Shown here: positions 28,783 through 37,798 of the stretch, piece by piece
Layout of the letters: the number at the start of each line of letters is the position of its first letter
How positions within the stretch are numbered: position 1 is the first letter of the stretch
Program-made: the position numbers and the translations under genes
Notes under the pieces: generated by a model
Told to the model about the DNA's origin: nothing
Databases searched by the model: none
What the model saw: the letters and a program-made list of their open reading frames with translations, nothing else
Assembly: GCA_017524805.1 (NCBI GenBank)
Contig: JAFXUX010000006.1
Location: forward strand, 389 to 64,388
Length of the DNA: 64,000 nucleotides
DNA from: Candidatus Methanomethylophilaceae archaeon
GTDB lineage: Archaea; Thermoplasmatota; Thermoplasmata; Methanomassiliicoccales; Methanomethylophilaceae
Direction: 5' to 3'

Positions 28783-30095
28783 TCTACCCGGACGATATGG
28801 CCGTGCAAGCCATGAAGAAGTATGACCAAGCCGAGGTCTACGTGAGCAGAGCCGTCGTGAACACCGTTTACATCGACAACTCACAGATAAGCAACATCGA
28901 GACCAAGACCGACGAAGGCATGATGTTCAGGATGTCCGAGGGCCGCAGGCTGGGGAAATCATCCGTGTCCCTGAACTCTCCCGATGCCGTCGGAAGCTGC
29001 TTGGAGATGGCCGATTCGGTACTGAGACATTCGCCGGAGAACGCCGCCTTCAAAGGCTACGCCCAACCGGGACGGGCCAAAATCGCCTCGCCCGATATAT
29101 GGGACAAAAAGGTCGAGAACATAACTCCGGAAGAGCTGAGGGAGCTGGCGAAATCCGTAATCGAGAATTGCCGGGTGAACATCCCAAGAGCGCAGATACG
29201 CGTGTCATGCATGGAGTCCAGGGTCGTGAACGGGAACGGCGTCGACGTGGGGCACAGGAGCACCCTCGTCTACGGCCATTTCACATCGATGGCCAGCATC
29301 GACCATCCTGGCGAAGGGATGGAAACGTTCCACGGAACCCATCTGAATTTGGACCCAGCCCTGATCGGCCACAGCCTCTCCAGAAAAGCTGAGGCGGCGG
29401 CAACATGCAGGGAATTCAGAGGATCGAAGAAGCTTTCGATGATACTCCCGCCGAGCGAACTGGGCGACATGCTCTTCTCATCCGTGGGATCGGCGGTGAA
29501 TGGGGAGAACAGAAAATACGGGAGAAGCCTCTGGAAGGATTCCCTCGATGAGAAAGTCGCCTCGGATTGCGTCACCATCATCGACGACCCTACCGTCAGC
29601 GCCCCGCTTTCTTGCGCGTTCGACGACGAGGGCGTCCCGACCGAAAGGCGCCCGATCATAGAGAACGGGATTCTGAGAGGATTCCTCAGCGACACTTTTT
29701 GCGGGGACAGCACCGGAAACGGGATGAGAAGGTCCAGCGTAGAACCTCAGGGAGCCTACGACAGGACTCCCGCCATAAAACCGCTGAACATGTCCGTCAA
29801 GCCCGGGAACAAAAACCCGGAGGACATCGTCTCGCAGACGGACGATGGGATCCTCGTGGAAAAATTCGCTTGGCCGGAGGCGGATGAGCTCACCGGAAGG
29901 TTCGGGCTGAACGTCAGATGCGGATATATCGTCAGAAACGGGGAGATTGTGAGCGTCGTTAACAACGCCCTGCTCATGGGCAATATGCTGGATGCGATCG
30001 CGAGCGTCGAAGCCATCGGGAACGACCCCGCGCAGATGGGAGTCATAACCGTCCCGACGATGAGCTTCTCGGGGACCGAACTGGTTGGAAACTGA
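28779..30095 (+). CDS. pmbA: PmbA/TldE-family protein (TldD partner)
   Basis: TldD/PmbA fold (…FDDEGVPTERRPIIENGILRGFL…). GTGA overlap with the tldD stop. An alternative ATG lies at 28797. Confidence 0.82.
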   Translation: MIYPDDMAVQAMKKYDQAEVYVSRAVVNTVYIDNSQISNIETKTDEGMMFRMSEGRRLGKSSVSLNSPDAVGSCLEMADSVLRHSPENAAFKGYAQPGRAKIASPDIWDKKVENITPEELRELAKSVIENCRVNIPRAQIRVSCMESRVVNGNGVDVGHRSTLVYGHFTSMASIDHPGEGMETFHGTHLNLDPALIGHSLSRKAEAAATCREFRGSKKLSMILPPSELGDMLFSSVGSAVNGENRKYGRSLWKDSLDEKVASDCVTIIDDPTVSAPLSCAFDDEGVPTERRPIIENGILRGFLSDTFCGDSTGNGMRRSSVEPQGAYDRTPAIKPLNMSVKPGNKNPEDIVSQTDDGILVEKFAWPEADELTGRFGLNVRCGYIVRNGEIVSVVNNALLMGNMLDAIASVEAIGNDPAQMGVITVPTMSFSGTELVGN

Positions 30096-30145
30096 TGGCT
30101 CAGGCCGCGGCGGATCCTAATATAAAGCGCCGCGGCCGAGCCGAA

Positions 30146-31534
30146 TCAGATCTGCTTGAACAGCTCCTCCTCGCTGATTATCCTGATCTTCTTCCCTTTC
30201 TCGCGCATTTCCTCGGCCATGGCGATCTTCCCGCCGCCACCGCCGAATCTGAATCTGTTCACGCCGAGGTTTCCGACGAAAAGGTAATCCAGATCGTTGG
30301 AGACTCTCATCTTGCTTATGGCGCCCTTGGATTCGAGGACCTTCCTGACTTCCGGATCGGAGCCGTACTCGAAATCCCCCGCGAGGCAGAACGTCTTGCC
30401 TTTGAGCTCTATCTCATCGAACTCGTTGCTGTCTGGGTTGAGGATCTCCTTGAACTCGTGGAGGATGGCTTCCTGCTCGGCGGACGATATCATGTTGTCC
30501 TTGAGAGCTTCCGTAATTGCGGAATAGACCTTGTCATACGGATATACGCCGGACAGGTAATCGTTCTCCTCCAGCCAGCCCTTCAGATACATGCCCTCAG
30601 GCCTGCTTATCTTGCCGTCGGCGGCAATTCCGCGTATGATGCCCTGCAAGAATTGGATCGCTACGGTGCTGTCGCTGTAGAATTTGTTCTTCCCGATGGC
30701 GCTGGCGACGTTCATGAGATCTTTCTGCTCGTAAGCGGTTATCACCCCGTCATCCAATGCCTTGTCCAAGGCCGTTATGATGCGATCGAACAATGGATAC
30801 TCCCTGAGATCCATGTTGTTGCCCATCCATTCGCGGATGCACTTTATCTCGTCCGGGGATATGTTCCTGTCAGCGGTAATGCCCATGACTATGCCGTAGA
30901 TCTCATTGAGCCTGACCACCAGGTCGACGTCCATCGAATCCTCTTCGCTCTGGCGATACTCATGGATTTCTGAATCATCCACGCCATATTTCCCCTCCAG
31001 ATATTCGAACAGAGCCTGGGTAGCTGATGCGTCGCCCATGACTTGACGCCCGCTGTATTGATGGCCTATGGACTTGGAAAGTTCGCCGAGATTGTACGAT
31101 GGCGCGTCCATGTATTTGCGGCAGAGCTTCAGCGTGTCTATGTATCTGAAATCCGGGACGTCAAGACTATAGCGCTCCAAAGACCGCGTAAGGACCGCCA
31201 AACCATACTTCGCATTGTGGCTCACGATGACGAGATCCCTAAGATATCCCTCCACCTTCGGCCAATATTCCGGCAATGTCGGATATCTCTCTATCCTGGC
31301 CGCATCTATCCCGGTGACGGCCGCGTTGCGCTTGTCTATCCTGTCCTCAGGGTTGATCGTCGAATACAGCCGGTCGACAACCTTCCCATCCTTCACTACG
31401 ACCATCCCTATCGCGCAGATAGAATTTCCACGGGAGTTCGGATTCTCCAGGTTAAGAGCTACGTAATCCTTCATCGGCCTCGGGGCTAATTCGTGCGCAT
31501 TCGGTTTAATTGTTGCTATCGCACAGACGGCCAT
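30146..31534 (-). CDS. DnaQ-like (DEDDh-fold) exonuclease homolog, then helical DG-x-I-S/T repeats, then C-terminal BRCT
   Basis: The exonuclease fold is recognisable (YVALNLENPN…, IVSHNAKYGLAVL, GRQVMGDASATQALF). The C-terminus ELKGKTFCLAGDFEYGSDPEVRKVLESKGAISKMRVSNDLDYLFVG…IRIISEEELF is BRCT-like. The start may be MKDY at 31474. Confidence 0.65.
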   Translation of the reverse strand: MAVCAIATIKPNAHELAPRPMKDYVALNLENPNSRGNSICAIGMVVVKDGKVVDRLYSTINPEDRIDKRNAAVTGIDAARIERYPTLPEYWPKVEGYLRDLVIVSHNAKYGLAVLTRSLERYSLDVPDFRYIDTLKLCRKYMDAPSYNLGELSKSIGHQYSGRQVMGDASATQALFEYLEGKYGVDDSEIHEYRQSEEDSMDVDLVVRLNEIYGIVMGITADRNISPDEIKCIREWMGNNMDLREYPLFDRIITALDKALDDGVITAYEQKDLMNVASAIGKNKFYSDSTVAIQFLQGIIRGIAADGKISRPEGMYLKGWLEENDYLSGVYPYDKVYSAITEALKDNMISSAEQEAILHEFKEILNPDSNEFDEIELKGKTFCLAGDFEYGSDPEVRKVLESKGAISKMRVSNDLDYLFVGNLGVNRFRFGGGGGKIAMAEEMREKGKKIRIISEEELFKQI

Positions 31535-31745
31535 GCTAGCATCCGCGCTGAAAAGCCTGAAGATTGGTTCGAGGAATCTGTCCCGAATTGCCCAGAAACT
31601 GAGCTTCGGTTCGAAAGAAATAGCGCATTAGAAACTGGAGGCTTGACAGAGACCATTAAATAAAGGATGGCGATGCGCAAACCGCAGAACAATTTGTTCC
31701 GCGAACGGAAATGTACCTTAGGGCGAATCCGTAAAGGTGATACAA

Positions 31746-32369
31746 ATGAGCGAAGAGACTCAGGAAGCACGCCCGGTCAACGGGAAAAGCATGTACAGCT
31801 ACATCGCCAAGGCTTGGGATGTTCCCTCCGAATCCTATGTGAAAGCTCTCAACTACGAGCGCCGCATCATCTGGAGAAAGGAAGAGAACTTCCTCCGCAT
31901 CGAGAGGCCTACCCGCCTCGACAGGGCAAGAGCTCTTGGATACAAAGCTAAGCAGGGATACATCGTCGTCAGGGCCAGAGTAAGGAAGGGAAGCTTCCAG
32001 AAGAGAGCCATAGTTACTGGAAGGAGAGCCAAGAGGAAGGGTATCAACCAGATCACCGTCGGCAAGAGCCTCCAGAGGATGGCTGAGGAAAGGACCGCGA
32101 AGAGATTCCCCAACATGGAAGTCCTGAACTCCTACTGGGTCGGAGCAGACGGACAGCAGGAGTGGTATGAGGTCATCCTCGTCGACCCCGCGCACCCCGT
32201 CATCAAATCCGACAAAAAGATCAACTGGATCTGCGACTCCACGCACAAGAACCGTGTGTACCGCGGAAAGACCTCCGCCGGACAGAAAGGACGTGGAATG
32301 AGGCACACCGGAAAGGGAGCCGAGAAAGCCAGGCCGTCCGTCAGAGCCAACCAGAGGAGAATCAAGTGA
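31746..32369 (+). CDS. rpl15e: ribosomal protein L15e
   Basis: …[13 protein letters not shown]…[29 protein letters not shown]…. The ATG at 31746 is preceded by aaggtgat (SD-like). Confidence 0.9.
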   Translation: MSEETQEARPVNGKSMYSYIAKAWDVPSESYVKALNYERRIIWRKEENFLRIERPTRLDRARALGYKAKQGYIVVRARVRKGSFQKRAIVTGRRAKRKGINQITVGKSLQRMAEERTAKRFPNMEVLNSYWVGADGQQEWYEVILVDPAHPVIKSDKKINWICDSTHKNRVYRGKTSAGQKGRGMRHTGKGAEKARPSVRANQRRIK

Positions 32370-32559
32370 GATTCCTTCCGCCTGCCTAGTTTGGCAGGCC
32401 CAAACTCCTTACCATTTCTAATCTCAATTATCGCGTCCCAGCTTCTATTAGAAAGGATAGTGCCTTATTCTATTTCATTTATGGATTATTTTATCATATT
32501 TGATTCATTTTAACATATAAAGAAACAGATAATAGCGTATAATTACTATAATTTATATG

Positions 32560-32810
32560 AGATGACGCCAGGGAGGAAGCCCAGTGTACAGGGGCTTCCG
32601 GCGTGCACTGGGCCCTGTCCTGAGCCATCGAAAGGAAGTGAAAAAATCTCCGAAGAGGGAAAGGACCGGGGTCAGACCACTAAACTCACCCTGGCCCTCG
32701 AGACGATCAGGCTGATAGCCGATCTTCTCCTGGCTGCCTTCCTTTGAAGAAGGCTTCAAACACCTTACGGCTTCCTTCGGGAGGCCGGCAAGGTTAGGTT
32801 AATATTGTCT
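32560..32810. ncRNA. candidate structured RNA (identity and strand unresolved)
   Basis: A GC-rich island lies between AT-rich spacers, in a gap between convergent genes. Perfect stems are 32579..32586/32606..32613 (gcccagtg/cactgggc), 32736..32741/32749..32754, and a cUUCGg-type hairpin at 32769..32786 (ggcttcc-ttcg-ggaggcc). A TATA-like tttatatga lies at 32551..32559. Confidence 0.3.
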
Positions 32811-32882
32811 GGCACAACCTTAATACTATCGTTTCAACGCATCAAATATTCAAATTCGTGAAGAACCGCGATTTCATAAAGG

Positions 32883-33788
32883 TCAGAAACGAATCGGAGC
32901 GATCGTTACGAGCCCTCTCATACGTTGCAATCGGAATCCAGCCCTGATTTTGGCCGCCAAATCGCCGACTTCCTCATCCGACATGGCGACAGTGGGGAAA
33001 AACACAGGGAGATCATATTTTGACGCGTCGAAATCCTCGAGATCGGAGATTCCTTTGCCTTGAATGTACGCCAACGCATATCTCACGTTCTTATCGTCAG
33101 CCATCCTCATCTCCGGATCGTAATTCCTCAGAGTCTCGAAGTCTCCCGGACCCCTGAATATGATTCTGCAGCCTCTCTTCATGGCCAGCCAGGCGGAGAC
33201 CAATCCGCGGTCGTCTTCCACATCGGCCACGACTTTGCCTTGGGTACCTATCGGGAGCCCGGAATGGCATTGAATAACCTCCTGGAAAATATACGCCTTG
33301 TTGTCCCTGACCTCGACGAAAAAGGTGACATCCGGGTTTTTGAGCTTGACTTTGATCCCCAGGCTTTCGTTCTCCAGGAAAATAGCCGATCCAGCTTCTC
33401 TGGCGACATCTATGCTGGTGTACGGATGGCTCCCGTCTCTGCGCGCATCGACCGCGAATGTCTGGCCCTGAGATAATCTTCCCTTGGAATAGGCGGCTGC
33501 TGTCCTGCAGATGTCTTCCATATCGGAAGAGCAGGTCTCCGCGACAGACATCGACGCCACGCCGAACACTTTCCTGGCGGATCTTATCGCTTTCTCGGAA
33601 TCATCGGTTTCTATGAAGATCCTGGCGCCTTTCTTGGTGACGAAAGCCTCCACCCCATCCTTAGCTAGCATCGCCATTATGTTTTCTCTGAGCTGATTCT
33701 CGAATCTTTTGCGGACCGGATCGCTTTTCAGCCCTATTTCCGAATATCTGAGGAGAAGAATCGTCACAGCCCGCCATGTAAGATTCAA
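32883..33788 (-). CDS. THUMP-domain ThiI-like protein lacking the PP-loop signature
   Basis: N-terminus LLLRYSEIGLKSDPVRKRFENQL (ThiI-like) and a THUMP region. VADVEDDRGLVSAWLAMKRGC sits where ThiI has LLSGGIDSPVAAWLMMKRG. 301 aa. Confidence 0.7.
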   Translation of the reverse strand: MNLTWRAVTILLLRYSEIGLKSDPVRKRFENQLRENIMAMLAKDGVEAFVTKKGARIFIETDDSEKAIRSARKVFGVASMSVAETCSSDMEDICRTAAAYSKGRLSQGQTFAVDARRDGSHPYTSIDVAREAGSAIFLENESLGIKVKLKNPDVTFFVEVRDNKAYIFQEVIQCHSGLPIGTQGKVVADVEDDRGLVSAWLAMKRGCRIIFRGPGDFETLRNYDPEMRMADDKNVRYALAYIQGKGISDLEDFDASKYDLPVFFPTVAMSDEEVGDLAAKIRAGFRLQRMRGLVTIAPIRF

Positions 33789-33972
33789 CCTTAAAACATA
33801 TCGTCCTTGGCCTCCAAAATTCCGATTCAGCCCTTGAGCGGATTCCGTCCCGCTCCAGCCTGCGATGCCATTATTGGTTTACAATCCGTCGTGGCCATTC
33901 CGTGTGGGCATCAGAGGGGCGCAAAAATGTTTGGCGGGAGCCGGCGGCTTTTAAATCGACCCCCGTTAAGCA

Positions 33973-35448
33973 TCATTCCTTTCCGCTATCCTCGGCGGCC
34001 TCGACGTCATCCTTCCCGAGAGTAAATGAATACGCTATGAGGATGGCGGTGACCGCAGCCATAATGGCGATAGACACCACGAATCCGTCGCTGAGAGAGC
34101 TGGCCGCGCTCTGGACGTCGTTCATGAGCTTCGCGGCCACCTCTTTCAGCACATTCTCAGCGACGGACAGGTCTATGGGAACCGAGACATAATTGCCCTG
34201 GGTTACCTCACTGATATACGACCCGACGATAGCATTCCCTACGAATATGCCCACCATGCGTATTGCCATGAGGTTGCCGGTATGCTGGCCCATGTCTTTC
34301 ACATCCGATACGCTCTGCAGAGCGCATATCAGCTGGTTCACGATGAATCCCAGGCCGAATCCGAACAGGAACAGGGAGATACCGAATTGCAGTATGCCCT
34401 GGCTGATGATAAAATGGGTGAGGATGAGTGCGGCAGTGACGATGGCCGATCCCGCGATGATCCACGGCCTGACTCCCGTCGAGAACACCTTGCGGCTTCC
34501 GATCATTGAGGGCACGGCTGCCCCGGCGATCAGCAGCCAAAACATGGCGCTCGCCTTGTATATATCGAACTCGTAGCACGTGAGATACATCTTGAAGAAA
34601 TACTGTATCAGACCGAGCCCGCATAAGCTGAATATGAACATCAATACGAGGACCTTCCTTTCGAACGGCGGAATCCTCACGGGTATGACAGGGCTCTCAG
34701 AGCGCTTTGCATGAGCCACCAAAGCGACCGCCCCGACGACGATCAGCCCGGCGATAGCGAACGAAGGGACGCTGATCAGATCGAAGTTGACGTTGACAAG
34801 CTGGGTATACACCGTCGCCGATCCGAAGACCAGAGCCGCGAGCGCCATCCCTACTATATCGGACTTCTGATGGGAACCCCTATCCTCCGGGAGGAATCTC
34901 CACGCAAGAGCCAGCCCTACCGCCACCATCAGCGAAAGGGCCATGAACCCGAGCCTCCAGTTGAAGTTCTCCGTGAGGAAATAGCCCGCAGCCGATCCGA
35001 ACAGCGAGCCTACGGCAAAGGACGCCGTCATCAGCTCGCTAACCTTGCCTCTCTTAAGCGTAGGATAAAACTTCCCTACTGCGGTGTACGCGAGCGCGAG
35101 GATGAGGCCTGCCCCTATCCCTTGGACGAACCTGAAAGCCACCAGCATCTCGACGGACACCGACAAAGCGCAGACCATGGAAGCCGCGATGAAAATCAGC
35201 GGAGCCACCGATAGCACGCGCCTTGCTCCGAACAGATCCGCCAGCTTGCCTCCCAGCGGGATCATGGCGACCTCCGAGACCACGTACGCAGGCACGATGT
35301 AATCGATGTTGGGCGATTTCGGGAGGTCTACGACGGACCAGACCATGCCGAACCTCATGAACATCCATCCCGCGGCTGCCGCAGTCAGACAAAGCGCAAG
35401 TCCCCACATCGCGAACGCGCGGTTCCTTTCCGATCCGGACATGCTCAT
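33973..35448 (-). CDS. MFS transporter (DHA2-like)
   Basis: Hydrophobic, ~14 TMS, GGKLADLFGARRV motif. The start is taken at MSMSGSERN (ATG 35448), which makes an ATGA overlap with the upstream gene. The ORF track starts at 35487. Confidence 0.8.
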   Translation of the reverse strand: MSMSGSERNRAFAMWGLALCLTAAAAGWMFMRFGMVWSVVDLPKSPNIDYIVPAYVVSEVAMIPLGGKLADLFGARRVLSVAPLIFIAASMVCALSVSVEMLVAFRFVQGIGAGLILALAYTAVGKFYPTLKRGKVSELMTASFAVGSLFGSAAGYFLTENFNWRLGFMALSLMVAVGLALAWRFLPEDRGSHQKSDIVGMALAALVFGSATVYTQLVNVNFDLISVPSFAIAGLIVVGAVALVAHAKRSESPVIPVRIPPFERKVLVLMFIFSLCGLGLIQYFFKMYLTCYEFDIYKASAMFWLLIAGAAVPSMIGSRKVFSTGVRPWIIAGSAIVTAALILTHFIISQGILQFGISLFLFGFGLGFIVNQLICALQSVSDVKDMGQHTGNLMAIRMVGIFVGNAIVGSYISEVTQGNYVSVPIDLSVAENVLKEVAAKLMNDVQSAASSLSDGFVVSIAIMAAVTAILIAYSFTLGKDDVEAAEDSGKE

Positions 35449-36833
35449 GCGGAGCGCCTCCTCATAAGTATCGCGGCGCCCAGACACCCGATCAGACCCG
35501 CGGTAGACATCGCGACATACTCTATCGGAATCTTCAGCTCGTATTCCTCATCGTATTTTATCATGGCATTGGTGTGCTCGTAGACGGCTTCGTACCTGCC
35601 TTTTGTCTCATCGTCCATCTCATCGACGTCGACGGTGCCCCATCCCAGCAGTATCGCGATGAGTTCGATGATGTCCTTGGCCCGTTCATCCAATATGTAC
35701 GACGGCACGAGCCTCAATATATCGCTGACCTCTATGCAATAGGCGGACTTGGGCAAGCGGAACGTCTCCCCGGCATCTCCTTTGACCTGCCTGAGCTCCA
35801 CGTATTCGTCGCCGGCCTCATCGGACACGTTGGACGCCTGGAATTCCGCCAGGTAATCGATGTCCTTTATCGTGGTGCCGGTCAGCGACTTAAGCGTCTC
35901 GACCAGATCCACTACCCTGCTGCCGGATTCGATTATATTCAGCACCAGATCTGGGAGCCTGCTCTTCAAAAGCCCTTCGATCCCTGCGAACTGAGAGACC
36001 ATGTTCCACAGGCCGCTCGCCAGATCCGACGAAACAGTGATCTCGTCGATATGCTGGGTCATCTTGGGGCTGATGCTCCAAGACTCCCTGCTGTCGAAGA
36101 TCTTCATCCCCTCGTAAGTGAGGCCCATCCCCATGCTGACATAGAAATTGCTGTATGACACGCTGTTTCTGTATTGGATGGTCACCTCATCGAGAACCCC
36201 GTCGCTGTCCTCCGCCGTAGAGACATCGAAATCTCTGCTCTCATACTCGACGACGAACAGCTTGGCGAACACATCGCTGCGGACCATCTCTCCGGTCACC
36301 GTGTCTATCTCGGTGGAGATATCCACATCCACGTATATGCAGAACTGCAAGCTCAGATCGATGTCGCGAGGATCCGGCGAGGCGCTCCCCTTCAATATCC
36401 TTTCCAGGAAGCTTTCCTCGTCCTCCCCCTCCTGCCTCTGATAGGTGCCCTCCTCAGGCATATTCCCATGGGCTCCGGCGGCGGTTACGAACTCTATGTA
36501 AGCGGACACGTGGTCATCGATGAGATAGCTCGTCCCGACTGTCCGCACATCCCTCTTGGTGGCGAACTCACCTTCGAAATGCGGTTCGGACAGCCTGAGC
36601 TCAAACCCCAGCTGGCTCTCGGAAAAATCCATTATCAGTTCCTCAACGGATTTCCCGGTCATCTGCTCGCTTATCTTTTCAACCTCGGTCCAAGAGAATC
36701 CCATGGCCGTCCCGTAAGTTCTGTCGGAGACGTCCGCGCCGGCTTCTTCAAAGGAGATCGGAAGGCACGTGACCGCCAGCAGCAATGCTATAGCAAATGC
36801 TGAAGCGGCCCTCGCTTCATTTTTCATAGACAC
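35445..36833 (-). CDS. hypothetical acidic surface protein (signal peptide plus C-terminal TM anchor)
   Basis: N-terminus MSMKNEARAASAFAIALLLAVTCLPIS. C-terminus YVAMSTAGLIGCLGAAILMRRRSA. D/E-rich. I recognise no family. Confidence 0.6.
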   Translation of the reverse strand: MSMKNEARAASAFAIALLLAVTCLPISFEEAGADVSDRTYGTAMGFSWTEVEKISEQMTGKSVEELIMDFSESQLGFELRLSEPHFEGEFATKRDVRTVGTSYLIDDHVSAYIEFVTAAGAHGNMPEEGTYQRQEGEDEESFLERILKGSASPDPRDIDLSLQFCIYVDVDISTEIDTVTGEMVRSDVFAKLFVVEYESRDFDVSTAEDSDGVLDEVTIQYRNSVSYSNFYVSMGMGLTYEGMKIFDSRESWSISPKMTQHIDEITVSSDLASGLWNMVSQFAGIEGLLKSRLPDLVLNIIESGSRVVDLVETLKSLTGTTIKDIDYLAEFQASNVSDEAGDEYVELRQVKGDAGETFRLPKSAYCIEVSDILRLVPSYILDERAKDIIELIAILLGWGTVDVDEMDDETKGRYEAVYEHTNAMIKYDEEYELKIPIEYVAMSTAGLIGCLGAAILMRRRSA

Positions 36834-36976
36834 GCGATAACTGATTGGTGTTTAAGGATGCGCGTCAGTTATGCAAAAAATAGCCCATTCCTCCGATGGA
36901 ATGAGAGAAATTGCGAATAACGCCGGAACAGGATGGATTCAGAAATGATATAATAGTCTCGACCATACGCAGGAGC

Positions 36977-37798
36977 ATGGAAGCGCTCATTCTGTTGGGT
37001 CTGCTGGCGACCGGATCGGCCGCCGGGATACTTGGAGCGCTGTTCGGGCTCGGAGGCGGGTTCATCTTCGTTCCCGTCCTGATGCTCGCATTCGGATTGG
37101 CTCCCGCAGAAGCTGTTGCCGTGAGTCTTATCGGCATAATTGCGGGATCTGTGGGCGCATCCACCGTATTCGTCGACAAAGGCGCGGCCAACGTGCGCTT
37201 GGGACTGCTTCTGGAAATAACCACTGCAGCGGGGGCGATAATCGGCGCGCTGATTGCCGGGCTGCTTGAGGATTGGATTCTGATGTGCATATTCTCGGCC
37301 GTGGTCCTTTACAGCGGCATGAGGATGGCCCTGAACCCCGAGAAGGTCTTGGAGCCCGCCGAAGGGTCGGATGGCAGATTCGTCTTCTCTTATGAGGGCG
37401 ACAGCGGGAAAGAAGTGAGATATGAAGTGCAGAACATGAAAGGCGGGATGGCCCTGTGCACGGCTGCCGGCATGATTTCCTCGATGACCGGAGTCGGCGG
37501 AGGCGCAATCAAAGTCCCGCTTATGAACCTGTACATGCATGTGCCGATCAAAGCGGCGAGCCCCACCAGCAGCTATATGATCGGCATAACCGCTTTCTCC
37601 GGGGCAATCACATATTTCCTGTCAGGGACAGTCCTGCTGGAATACGCCGCTGGAATCGCGATAGGAGCTTTCGCCGGGTCTCTCGCGGGTACAGCCCTCT
37701 CAAAAAGAATACATGCCAAGCATCTGAGGAAATACTTCTCCGTTCTGCTGTTCGTCGTCGCAGTATTGGTCCTTCTGCAGGCTGGAGGCATATTATGA
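36977..37798 (+). CDS. TauE/SafE (DUF81) anion exporter family membrane protein
   Basis: MEALILLGLLATGSAAGILGALFGLGGGFIFVPVLML, with the second-half repeat GVGGGAIKVPLMNL. Confidence 0.8.
   Translation: MEALILLGLLATGSAAGILGALFGLGGGFIFVPVLMLAFGLAPAEAVAVSLIGIIAGSVGASTVFVDKGAANVRLGLLLEITTAAGAIIGALIAGLLEDWILMCIFSAVVLYSGMRMALNPEKVLEPAEGSDGRFVFSYEGDSGKEVRYEVQNMKGGMALCTAAGMISSMTGVGGGAIKVPLMNLYMHVPIKAASPTSSYMIGITAFSGAITYFLSGTVLLEYAAGIAIGAFAGSLAGTALSKRIHAKHLRKYFSVLLFVVAVLVLLQAGGIL

Noticed and set aside
32560-32810. Assigning the candidate RNA as SRP RNA or RNase P RNA
   Set aside because: The minus strand has ggaaggcagccagg, faintly like SRP helix 8, but there is no GNAR tetraloop context. No RNase P P4 motif occurs on either strand. 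It is kept only as an unidentified candidate.
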